Shown in pieces: positions 20,422 to 28,288 of a DNA stretch of 64,000 bases (position 1 is its first letter; the number at the start of each line of letters is the position of its first letter). Origin of the DNA: Anaerolineales bacterium. Its GTDB lineage: Bacteria > Chloroflexota > Anaerolineae > Aggregatilineales > UBA2796. A model generated the notes under the pieces. That model made no database searches. It was not told the origin of the DNA and saw only the letters and a list, made by a program, of their open reading frames with translations. The DNA is taken from NCBI GenBank assembly GCA_015075625.1, contig JABTTZ010000001.1:2047021-2111020 (forward strand). Direction: 5' to 3'. Made by a program: the position numbers and the translations under genes.

Positions 20422-21710
20422 TGGGTCAGTTTCCTTGGGGCAAATTGAGGGAGATAGTCAGCATGTTCGGCGACCAACGCCGCTAAGAGGGAACGCGCCA
20501 CCGCAAACGACGGAACTAAGGGATGTGCCAGCAGAGATTGCAAGGCTATCCCTAAATTGCCCGCCACTGCCGCCTGAACAGCCAGCGCTTCCGAGGCTTT
20601 GACGGATTCCATTAACCCGCGAATGATCGTTGGTATCGGCGCGGCGGGCAGCGGGTGAGCGCCTTCGGCATCAACACGGCAGGCGGTTTCAATGACCGCA
20701 TCTGGCGGAAGGCTGCTAAACGTTCCCTGATTCAAGACATTAACAACGTTCACTGCGCCCGTATCGTGCCACAAGGCATGGATAATGCGCATTGCCGCTG
20801 TGGAGTAGTGGCGTCCGCCACGTTGGTTCAGCAGAGCGGGGCGCTCCACCGTCAGCGGGTCGGCATAGAGCCGGAACAACTCACTTTCAATTTCCATCAC
20901 GCGCTCTGTGCGCGACTGCGTGCTTTGCACCTGTTCGGTGAGCATCCGATCTCGGTTGTAATAATAGGAAAGGTAATACCCTGGGAGAAGCCCCAGGGTA
21001 TGCAGCAGATCGGGCGAAAAGAGGGGGTCTTTTTCCTGTCGGGCGGCATGGATGGTCGCTTGCAAGACGCGCTCCATCACGGACACGCCATCCAGATGAA
21101 CATCGCGCACCCATCCCAAGTGATTCAACCCAATGTAATCAAGGGTGATCCGTTCTAGGGAGACATCCAGAAGCCGCGCCGCATCAGAGTGCATATCCAT
21201 CGGAATATTGCACAAGCCAAGTGTTTTGACCTTTGTCTCGTGCAGCAGCGCCTCGGTGACCATCCCCGATGGGTTGGTAAAGTTGAGCAGCCACGCGGAA
21301 GGGCAGTACCGTTCGATATCCTCGGCAATGCCTAACATGATTGGGATCGTGCGCATTGCCTTCAGCAGTCCGCCGGGACCGATGGTCTCTTGCCCAATCA
21401 CGCCAAAGCGTGGGGGGACAGTTTCATCAATCAAGCGTGCTGCCATCCCGCCCACCCGCAGTTGGGCAATGACAAAATCCGCCCCGTCCAGCGCCCGCTC
21501 GCGGTGGGTCGTCGCGCTTAGGGTGAGCGGATAGCCGGCATGGTGAAGCATCCGGGAGACCATCCCGTGCATCACCGCCAAACGCTCTTGGTAGATATCG
21601 ACAAGGGCAAGTTCGCGGAGGGGAATCTCGTCCCGCCGTTGAATCAGCCCATCGATCACTTCGGGTGTGTAGGTGCTGCCGCCGCCAATGATTACGAGTT
21701 TTGCGCCCAT
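20418..21710 (-). CDS. GH4 6-phospho-beta-glucosidase paralog (CelF/ChbF-like)
   Basis: IIGGGSTYTPEVIDGL, GQETIGPGGLLKAMRTIPIM, LNFTNPSGMVTEALLHET, GLCNIPM; 4-nt overlap with the downstream paralog. Confidence 0.85.
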   Translation of the reverse strand: MGAKLVIIGGGSTYTPEVIDGLIQRRDEIPLRELALVDIYQERLAVMHGMVSRMLHHAGYPLTLSATTHRERALDGADFVIAQLRVGGMAARLIDETVPPRFGVIGQETIGPGGLLKAMRTIPIMLGIAEDIERYCPSAWLLNFTNPSGMVTEALLHETKVKTLGLCNIPMDMHSDAARLLDVSLERITLDYIGLNHLGWVRDVHLDGVSVMERVLQATIHAARQEKDPLFSPDLLHTLGLLPGYYLSYYYNRDRMLTEQVQSTQSRTERVMEIESELFRLYADPLTVERPALLNQRGGRHYSTAAMRIIHALWHDTGAVNVVNVLNQGTFSSLPPDAVIETACRVDAEGAHPLPAAPIPTIIRGLMESVKASEALAVQAAVAGNLGIALQSLLAHPLVPSFAVARSLLAALVAEHADYLPQFAPRKLTQ

Positions 21711-21722
21711 GACAGCCCTTCC

Positions 21723-22817
21723 TTAAACCGTTGTTTCCGCGAGGGAAATAGCCAACTTACCCGCCCCCAACAGCGCTGCATCATCCCGTTTATGTGCTGG
21801 ATGGAGCAGCAGACCGCCACTGTGCGCCCCTAACGCCGTATGCAGCAAGGGAATCAAGACATCGGCAGCGTAAATCCACGCCCCGCTCAAGACGACATGC
21901 TGAACGGCAAATAAACTGCGCATCCACAGCAGGGCGTTTGCTAGATCGTTAGCAAGATGGGTGACGGCACGCAGGGCAAGCGCATCCCGCTGCCGCGCAG
22001 CCTCAAAGATTAGGCGTGCGCTCAGCGGGCGGGTGGTGAGGACGCTCTCAGGACAGTCGGCAAATCCGGCTTGGACGTGGGCAATCAATCCCCCATCGCA
22101 TAAGCGGCTGTGCAGCGGGCTGCCGTCGGCATCAACCCCTAACCCCCCGATGCGTGTTTTTCCCTCAAGGTAGAGGCAGCAGCAGCTTTGCACCCCCAAA
22201 TAGAGCGTTAGGAAAGCAGTTTCCCCTCGCAGCAGTTCCGATTCCGTCTCGGCTAGGGCAACCGCCGCCGCCGGATGGATCGCCGCCACCGGAATTTCAA
22301 GGCGGGTTTGCAACGTATCTTGTAGGGTCTGCTGTTGAAGGAGATCACTGTCACCCGTCAGAGTCAGCGCCGAAAACTGGGAGCGATAGCTAGGGTTTGC
22401 CTCAAACAATTCCTCAATCAGCGTGAGCAAAAGCGTGGGCAGTTCAGAGGCGCTGAGGGCGGGCATGAGAAAAGGGGTGATTAACTGCGTGCGGCGGGTC
22501 AGAATCGCGCCGCTGAGGTCTGCCATAATGCCTGTAATTTGGGTCTCATCGACGCGGATCGCGGCGACCAACTGAGCGCGGTTGTTGAAGCGCAGCAAGA
22601 CGCGCTTGCGTCCAACGTTCTTGCTCTCGTCTTCGCCTTCTTCCAGAATCACCCCTTCATCAAGCAGCAGCCGCGTGATGCGGGAGATCGTGGCGGCGTT
22701 CAGGTCAAGCATCTGCGCCAACTCCACACGGGAGATAGGTCCCTGCCGCTGAATGGTCGCCAAGACCATTGCCCGGTTGTGCTGCCGCATCAATTCAGGA
22801 TGTTGCGTTTGCGACAT
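21723..22817 (-). CDS. ROK-family transcriptional regulator (NagC/Mlc/XylR-like)
   Basis: N-terminal HTH ELMRQHNRAMVLATIQRQGPISRVELAQMLDLNAATISRITRLL followed by ROK sugar-kinase-like domain. Start at MSQTQH with SD AGGTGG; ORF track extends to 22859. Confidence 0.8.
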   Translation of the reverse strand: MSQTQHPELMRQHNRAMVLATIQRQGPISRVELAQMLDLNAATISRITRLLLDEGVILEEGEDESKNVGRKRVLLRFNNRAQLVAAIRVDETQITGIMADLSGAILTRRTQLITPFLMPALSASELPTLLLTLIEELFEANPSYRSQFSALTLTGDSDLLQQQTLQDTLQTRLEIPVAAIHPAAAVALAETESELLRGETAFLTLYLGVQSCCCLYLEGKTRIGGLGVDADGSPLHSRLCDGGLIAHVQAGFADCPESVLTTRPLSARLIFEAARQRDALALRAVTHLANDLANALLWMRSLFAVQHVVLSGAWIYAADVLIPLLHTALGAHSGGLLLHPAHKRDDAALLGAGKLAISLAETTV

Positions 22818-22860
22818 TGCCCTGTAACGTCCACCTAAAAGGAAAAAAATAACGCTCATT

Positions 22861-22894
22861 CATTAATTGATTGCAAGCACGCAATCAATTAATG
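22861..22894. promoter_or_regulatory. Perfect 14-bp inverted repeat CATTAATTGATTGC-N6-GCAATCAATTAATG, candidate operator of the ROK regulator
   Basis: Lies immediately downstream of the predicted -10 and overlaps the expected transcription start of the ROK-GH4-kinase-ABC-GH9 operon. Confidence 0.55.
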
Positions 22895-22897
22895 ATC

Positions 22898-22926
22898 ATT
22901 GTATGCGGAGAAAAAACGTTTGTCAA
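22898..22926 (-). promoter_or_regulatory. Sigma70 consensus promoter for the minus-strand ROK/beta-glucoside operon (-35 TTGACA, 17 bp, -10 TACAAT)
   Basis: Minus-strand reading ttgacaaacgttttttctccgcatacaat; plus-strand tgtcaa at 22921-22926 and attgta at 22898-22903. Confidence 0.55.
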
Positions 22927-23029
22927 GCAATTGGACAAACTGAGGATAGTGATCGAAAGAAGCAAGGTGAGAAGGGTGAGGTTCTTAAGCGGTAGGGCGC
23001 GGCGCGAGTGATTCTCTGACCGTTTGCAA

Positions 23030-23100
23030 CTGAGGGCGCATTTCTCCCCCCTTTCCCTGCCTACGGGGAAAGGCGACTGCTGCGCAGTAACCGGGGGGGG
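23030..23100. repeat. RF1-related fragment (CCCTTTCCCT-N-GGGAAAGGCGA hairpin + GGGGGGATAGAGGGGTTC module)
   Basis: Shares modules with 46419-46506 and 55540-55610. Confidence 0.4.
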
Positions 23101-23169
23101 ATAGAGGGGTTCTGAACCAAAACGTCAACACAGCCTAGCAGCCCATCAGGAGGGGCGTTCGATACATCT

Positions 23170-24114
23170 CTATCCCGCCGCCGCCCGCACCGCCCGCCGA
23201 ATCGCCGCTGCCGTCACCTCGGCGGCGAACGCCCCAATCATCCCCACAAAGCCCGCGCCCAAGCCCTCCCCTTGAATCTCACCTGTTGCCGCCGCAAAAA
23301 TGGTATCCCCATCGAAGGGCATGTGCGCCGGACGCACCGCCCGCGCCAGCCCATCATGCGCCATCTGCGCCACTTTGTTCGTCCCCTCTTTATCAAGGGC
23401 AGCGTTCGTCGCCACAATCCCGATCACTGTATTCGTCGGCGCGGGGGGCTGCGTGAAGGGCATCCGCAGAATCTCTAGGGCGGGGATGATCTCAGTCGGA
23501 TTCGCGGGGTTTCGTGCGCCGACAAGGATCGATCCATCTTCGGAAAGGATTTCACCGAGCGCATTGACGACGATCAGCGCGGCGACGATCAGCCCCCCGC
23601 CGATCTCCACCGCCGCCGAGCCAACCCCGCCGAGGGCGGGTGTGCCGAACATTTTTGCCACTGTCGCCCCCGCCCCGCCGCCCACACGTCCCTCAGCGAC
23701 GGGTTCGCTGCTTGCGTTTTCGCAAGCAGCATAGCCCATTGCCGCATCGGGGCGGCGTTTGTTTCCCGTGCTGGTCAGGTCGTAGATCACAGCGGCAGGG
23801 ACAATCGGCACCACGCCCGACAGCGTTGGAAAGCCGATTCCGCGTTCCTCCAACCAACGCATGACGCCATCGGCTGCCGCCAGTCCGAAGGCGCTGCCGC
23901 CCGTCAGCACGACAGCGTTGATGTGCTGCACCAGATGGAGCGGGCGAAGCAGATCGGTTTCCCGTGTGCCGGGGGCGCCGCCGCGCTGATCCACGCCGCC
24001 CACCGTCCCGGGCGGGAGCAAAATCACGGTGCAGCCCGTTGGATGGTCGGGATCGGTGGCGTGTCCAACGCGCACACCCGAGATAGCAGTTAGCGTAGCC
24101 TGTGATGGAATCAT
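23170..24114 (-). CDS. S58 (DmpA/OAT) family peptidase, L-aminopeptidase/D-esterase-like
   Basis: GVRVGHATDPDHPTGCTVILLP..., TNTVIGIVATNAALDK typical of DmpA-type Ntn hydrolases. Confidence 0.8.
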   Translation of the reverse strand: MIPSQATLTAISGVRVGHATDPDHPTGCTVILLPPGTVGGVDQRGGAPGTRETDLLRPLHLVQHINAVVLTGGSAFGLAAADGVMRWLEERGIGFPTLSGVVPIVPAAVIYDLTSTGNKRRPDAAMGYAACENASSEPVAEGRVGGGAGATVAKMFGTPALGGVGSAAVEIGGGLIVAALIVVNALGEILSEDGSILVGARNPANPTEIIPALEILRMPFTQPPAPTNTVIGIVATNAALDKEGTNKVAQMAHDGLARAVRPAHMPFDGDTIFAAATGEIQGEGLGAGFVGMIGAFAAEVTAAAIRRAVRAAAG

Positions 24115-24128
24115 TGTTAGGGATAGAG

Positions 24129-25010
24129 TTAGGGCTTCTGAGGGGCGAAGGTCACCAGCAGTTGGTAGCGCCCTTGCGCCACACCCGCCGTTCCATACAA
24201 CTTCAGGATGTAGTTTCCGGTGGCGGGAATCACAAGGCGAATTTCGCCTTGTGTCCCTTTTGCCTTTGGGCTAATGGCAAGCGGCTTGCTATTGTCTTGG
24301 GCTTGACTGGCGTCAAAGAGTTGAAATGCCCGCCAGGGGGTTTCCCCATTGGAGGAGGCAAACCGCACAATGGCGATGAGGTTCATCCCCTTTGTGGCGC
24401 GGAAGCGGTACTCATGGGTTGCCCCAATGACGAGCGACCCCGCCCGCGTCGTCAGGTTCGGGTTATTCACCCCCTCCACCAATCCGGTATCGACAGAGGG
24501 AATGGTGACAATCGAGGGCAGATCAAACGTTCCATTGAAAAGCCCCCCAATCTGTAAGCCAAAGGTGTTCCCCGTCAGGTTGATGTAGACCAAGAGCATG
24601 GCGCTCAGGATAACCGGTATCGTCAGCAGCAGAACAATCTGAAAAGGGCGAATCCGCCGCCGTTCAGCCTTTGCCGCTTTTAGGGCAATCGGTTGATTGC
24701 TGTGATCGGGTTCAACGCCCACACTCGAAAGCGAGAGCAAGCGCTGTTGTTCCGCCAGCATGTGCTGTGCCGCCCAATGATCCGGTTTGAGGGTGAGAAC
24801 TTTCTGGCAGGCAAAAACGGCTTTCTGAACGGTAGGTGCGGCAAAGGCAGCCAACCACCACGCATCGATATTGTTCGGTTGTTGGGCAAGCAGCGGCGTG
24901 ATCACTTCCAACGCTTCTGTTTTTTGTCCAGCCTGAATCAGACGGTAGGCGCGATGAAGTTGTGTTTTCGTATGGAGCATTGGGGGTTTGGGTTGGGAAT
25001 CCCGCTGCAT
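24129..25010 (-). CDS. Membrane-anchored protein with N-terminal TPR-like region, one TM helix and extracytoplasmic domain
   Basis: TPR-like N-terminus, TM IVLLLTIPVILSAMLLVYI; 14 bp upstream of the S58 peptidase gene (operon). Confidence 0.5.
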   Translation of the reverse strand: MQRDSQPKPPMLHTKTQLHRAYRLIQAGQKTEALEVITPLLAQQPNNIDAWWLAAFAAPTVQKAVFACQKVLTLKPDHWAAQHMLAEQQRLLSLSSVGVEPDHSNQPIALKAAKAERRRIRPFQIVLLLTIPVILSAMLLVYINLTGNTFGLQIGGLFNGTFDLPSIVTIPSVDTGLVEGVNNPNLTTRAGSLVIGATHEYRFRATKGMNLIAIVRFASSNGETPWRAFQLFDASQAQDNSKPLAISPKAKGTQGEIRLVIPATGNYILKLYGTAGVAQGRYQLLVTFAPQKP

Positions 25011-25099
25011 AATCGCCTACCTCCCTGAGTCCGAACCGAGTCCGATAAGCTGCTGTGGTGTGGTAGTATAACATCACTTCATTTCAGGATTTTCAGGCA

Positions 25100-26119
25100 A
25101 TGGGTATGACACGTTTTCGTTTTCTTCTGCTCATGCTGCTGTGCGCCTGCTTGCTAAGCGGGGGGAAACCAAGCCGCGCCCAAGAGGGAACACGCGCCAT
25201 CGTTTATTGGGATATTGGGTTGCGCCTTGCGATTCCGGCATCGTGGAAAGCGCCCATCTTCACCGCTGGCGAGATGGTGATCACCCCCTCTGGCTCGTTT
25301 GATCCGGCGGCGGTGGATCGTGTCATTTCGCTGCGCATTGTAGACCCCGTGCGCGATTTGCGCCTTGCCAAAGATACCTCTCTCGAAATGATTGCCGCCT
25401 CGGTGAGCATTGCTCCCGACTCCGGCGTCATTGGCTCGGAACGGGGTGTAAGCTATGTGGCGGGGCTGCGGGCGGGGTATATCAATGTCGATGATCCGAA
25501 AAACGGCTTGATGGGGCAGTCCACCGCCTTTCGGATTCCCGATGGGCGCGTCGTTGTCATGATCGCCGTTGCCGCCGATGCGCAGTGGGCGGAGTTCGCC
25601 CTCGTCTACGATGCCATTCGCACTTCGGCGGCGCTTGTCCTGCCAACCGTTTACAGCCTGCCCGATCTGCGCCAAACGCCAATCACCTTTCCCGCTGGCG
25701 GGGTGGGCTTAGAACTCCCGCTTGGCTGGAAAGAAATTCCTCTCGCCCCCAATGCGGCGCTCTATCGAGATGCCTCGCTAAGCGATTATCGAGATGATAC
25801 AGGCTTTGTGAATGGCGTTCAGTTGGTCATTATCGCCGAGGAATTGGACACAACATTAACCGCCGCTGAAGCGGTAGGGCGGGTGATTCAGGCGCGGAAA
25901 ACGGACGTGCTAACCCCGCTGACCATCGGCGGGCGAGAGGGGGCGGTCTATACGGAGATTGATCGTGCCAGCGGGCAGATCATCTCCTTTATTGGGGTGA
26001 AATCCGATGTTGCTTTGATCGTCTTTCGCTGGACGACGCCCGGTCACCTTGCCGAAGTCACCCAACCCCTGCTCGATTCGATCCTTGCTTCAGTCACCTT
26101 CACCCCACTCACGCGGTAA
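25100..26119 (+). CDS. Secreted hypothetical protein (signal peptide, two repeated domains)
   Basis: MGMTRFRFLLLMLLCACLLSGGKPSRAQ signal peptide; no recognisable catalytic motif. Confidence 0.55.
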   Translation: MGMTRFRFLLLMLLCACLLSGGKPSRAQEGTRAIVYWDIGLRLAIPASWKAPIFTAGEMVITPSGSFDPAAVDRVISLRIVDPVRDLRLAKDTSLEMIAASVSIAPDSGVIGSERGVSYVAGLRAGYINVDDPKNGLMGQSTAFRIPDGRVVVMIAVAADAQWAEFALVYDAIRTSAALVLPTVYSLPDLRQTPITFPAGGVGLELPLGWKEIPLAPNAALYRDASLSDYRDDTGFVNGVQLVIIAEELDTTLTAAEAVGRVIQARKTDVLTPLTIGGREGAVYTEIDRASGQIISFIGVKSDVALIVFRWTTPGHLAEVTQPLLDSILASVTFTPLTR

Positions 26120-26147
26120 GTAGGTTTAGGCAATGATCAGGCGATAA

Positions 26148-26477
26148 TCAGCCCATCGTGATGACCAACGGTGTTCCCGTCAGCCACTCTGTCGCGCCCT
26201 CGCCTGTGGGCAAAAGATGGACGATCTCTGCCGAAAGGGTGAGTGTCCCTCCCGTCACGTGGCTCAACTCCGCCTCGCTCAGTTCGTCCGAGGTGTCGCG
26301 GCGGGCGCGGTTCACACCTTCGCGGAGAACACTGCGCATATCGTCTTCCGTGTACGGCAGACCAATTTCCGCGGCAATCCGCAGCCGTCCACTCTGGCTG
26401 GCGGATTTACAACGGGTGACCAGTGTTCGATCCACAATCAAACGCTGGAGAAAGGCGCGGGCATTTTCTTTGGACAT
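26148..26477 (-). CDS. Nif11-type leader peptide precursor (RiPP-like) with double-glycine cleavage motif and 32-aa Cys-free core
   Basis: MSKENARAFLQRLIVDRTL...IAAEIGLPYTEDDMRS...ELSEAELSHVTGG matches Nif11/N11P leader consensus. Core TLTLSAEIVHLLPTGEGATEWLTGTPLVITMG. SD GGAGG 9 nt upstream. Confidence 0.7.
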   Translation of the reverse strand: MSKENARAFLQRLIVDRTLVTRCKSASQSGRLRIAAEIGLPYTEDDMRSVLREGVNRARRDTSDELSEAELSHVTGGTLTLSAEIVHLLPTGEGATEWLTGTPLVITMG

Positions 26478-26506
26478 TCCCTACCCTCCTGAAAGTTGAT
26501 CTAATT

Positions 26507-27619
26507 ATGGTCAGTTTTGAAATCGAATCAACCAACGAACGGCGGACGATCCTCCACTCCCTCGGAATTGTCGGTGATGTGGCGGAGGAAGTCCTTCTTT
26601 ACAACAAAAATCCGTTTCAGCCAAGCGCTTTCCCCCTCCCTCTACCCGATGAGCCGTTCGTCCCTTTTTGGGAAGGGATTGCCACAGCAAAGAGCGGTAT
26701 CTATGCCGCGCTGCGGGAAGCGCTCAGCCAGTTTGCCTTTCCCGTTCGGGCGGGAATCAGCGCCACACGGGAGTATCAGGCGGCAATGCGTCAGGGGGAT
26801 GCCTCTGCCCATCGTTCCGAGGCAGAACGGCTTAGCCTGAACGCCCCCGCTGCGCTCACCGTGACTCTCTACCCCACCCTTGCCGGGCGCATCCCGGTTT
26901 TGTTCACCCCAGATCGGGAAGATTTCGTCACCCTGGTGCGGGCGCTCTCCATGCGCCATGAGCCAAAGCCCGTCCCCTCCTCAATGGGCGCGTGCCTGAT
27001 CACCGGCATGATCAATTGGGGGCGGGTTCGGGAACAGTTTGCGGCGTTGGGGGGTGAGACCCCAACACTGACATGGGCAGCCTTCAAAAAACAGCTTTCC
27101 AGCAGCCCCGAACGCTATCAAGATCGGCTGATGCTGCTCAGCGGCGGCGATTATAGTGCCATTCCCGCCGAGGCGATGGGCTTGACAGCAGAGCAATGGC
27201 GCACCCTCTCGCAAACGATCCGCCGCGCCCACGAGGGGACACATTACGTCACCCTACGGGCGTTTGGGGCGATGCGCAACAACCTTTTGGACGAGGTGAT
27301 CGCGGATTATCAGGGCATTGTCGCAGCAGCAGGGCGTTACCGCGCTGATTGGTGGCTGCGCTTTATGGGCTTGGAACAGTACCCCGCCTACCGTGCTGGT
27401 GGGCGCTTTGAAAATTACTGGGGGACGCCGCCCCTTTCCGAAGGAGCTATCGAGGCACTTAAAGTCTTGGTCTGGCGGGCAGGGATCACCCTAGAGGCGT
27501 TTCACGATGTCTATGCTGAGCGCCCGCCAGCAGAGCGCCTGATCGCCCTCATCGGCTCAACCCTAGAGACGCTTGCCGCCAACGACGGGGCAGCCCGTTT
27601 AGCGCGATATATGGGGTGA
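26507..27619 (+). CDS. Hypothetical HExxH-motif protein (possible zinc metallopeptidase), divergent from the Nif11 precursor
   Basis: Single HEGTH motif with Glu 18 residues downstream (NNLLDE). Start at MVSFEIES chosen to avoid overlap with the precursor gene; ORF track starts at 26423. Confidence 0.45.
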   Translation: MVSFEIESTNERRTILHSLGIVGDVAEEVLLYNKNPFQPSAFPLPLPDEPFVPFWEGIATAKSGIYAALREALSQFAFPVRAGISATREYQAAMRQGDASAHRSEAERLSLNAPAALTVTLYPTLAGRIPVLFTPDREDFVTLVRALSMRHEPKPVPSSMGACLITGMINWGRVREQFAALGGETPTLTWAAFKKQLSSSPERYQDRLMLLSGGDYSAIPAEAMGLTAEQWRTLSQTIRRAHEGTHYVTLRAFGAMRNNLLDEVIADYQGIVAAAGRYRADWWLRFMGLEQYPAYRAGGRFENYWGTPPLSEGAIEALKVLVWRAGITLEAFHDVYAERPPAERLIALIGSTLETLAANDGAARLARYMG

Positions 27620-27662
27620 GCGCAAAAGAGCGCATCGAATGATTCACAACCAGCAATTCCGC

Positions 27663-27959
27663 TCAATCCCGTTCCGTCAGCAGCCACCCCCAACAGCGCC
27701 AGGTGACAACAACGGCAATTCCCACGCCGAGGAAAACAGGCAGATCGTAGACAAGGGCGCGATCCCCAATCAAAACCGCGTTGGCATCCCCCCACAGCAC
27801 CCGTAAGAGTCCGCCTAAGGCGACGAATGCCCCCCCCACATAGTAGCCGCGATAGATAGGCGGGCGGTTGGAGACCTCTCCCAAACGTTTGCTCAACAGA
27901 GCAAGGGCGGCAAAAACAACGATGAGCGCTACAGGGGAGATGAGCGCCACGAGGATCAT
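27663..27959 (-). CDS. Small membrane protein (3 predicted TM), unknown function
   Basis: Hydrophobic 98-aa ORF; ATGA overlap with the upstream small membrane ORF; downstream of secA on the same strand. Confidence 0.5.
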   Translation of the reverse strand: MILVALISPVALIVVFAALALLSKRLGEVSNRPPIYRGYYVGGAFVALGGLLRVLWGDANAVLIGDRALVYDLPVFLGVGIAVVVTWRCWGWLLTERD

Positions 27960-28273
27960 TCCGCCGCATCTTTCGAGCGGAGCATTTGGGCGGTAAGAAG
28001 ACAGGAAAAGATGGCAAAGAGGAACAATCCTACGCCAGAGGTGAGATCACCGAGGGGATCGCCACCGGCTTGGTCGGTGAAGGCATAACGTGCCGCCCCA
28101 ATGCCAATAAGAACGGGGGGAAGGGCGAACGCCCAAAAGAAGGTGCGTTCGCCAAACTCGCGTTGATATTGGCGGGCAATCAAGAGCAGAAAGCCCGCCA
28201 GCGCGGTGAGGAAAAACCACGTTAGGATGGTGATTGCTTGATGCGCGGAAGCACCACTACCAGCGCTTTCCAT
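27956..28273 (-). CDS. Small membrane protein (3 predicted TM), unknown function
   Basis: 105-aa hydrophobic ORF starting 15 bp after the secA stop. Confidence 0.5.
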   Translation of the reverse strand: MESAGSGASAHQAITILTWFFLTALAGFLLLIARQYQREFGERTFFWAFALPPVLIGIGAARYAFTDQAGGDPLGDLTSGVGLFLFAIFSCLLTAQMLRSKDAAE

Positions 28274-28288
28274 AGGGTCATGCCACGC

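Noticed and set aside
26423-26506. ORF-track start (26423) for the HExxH protein
   Set aside because: Would overlap the well-supported Nif11 precursor gene on the opposite strand; the next in-frame Met at 26507 was used, though neither has a good SD.
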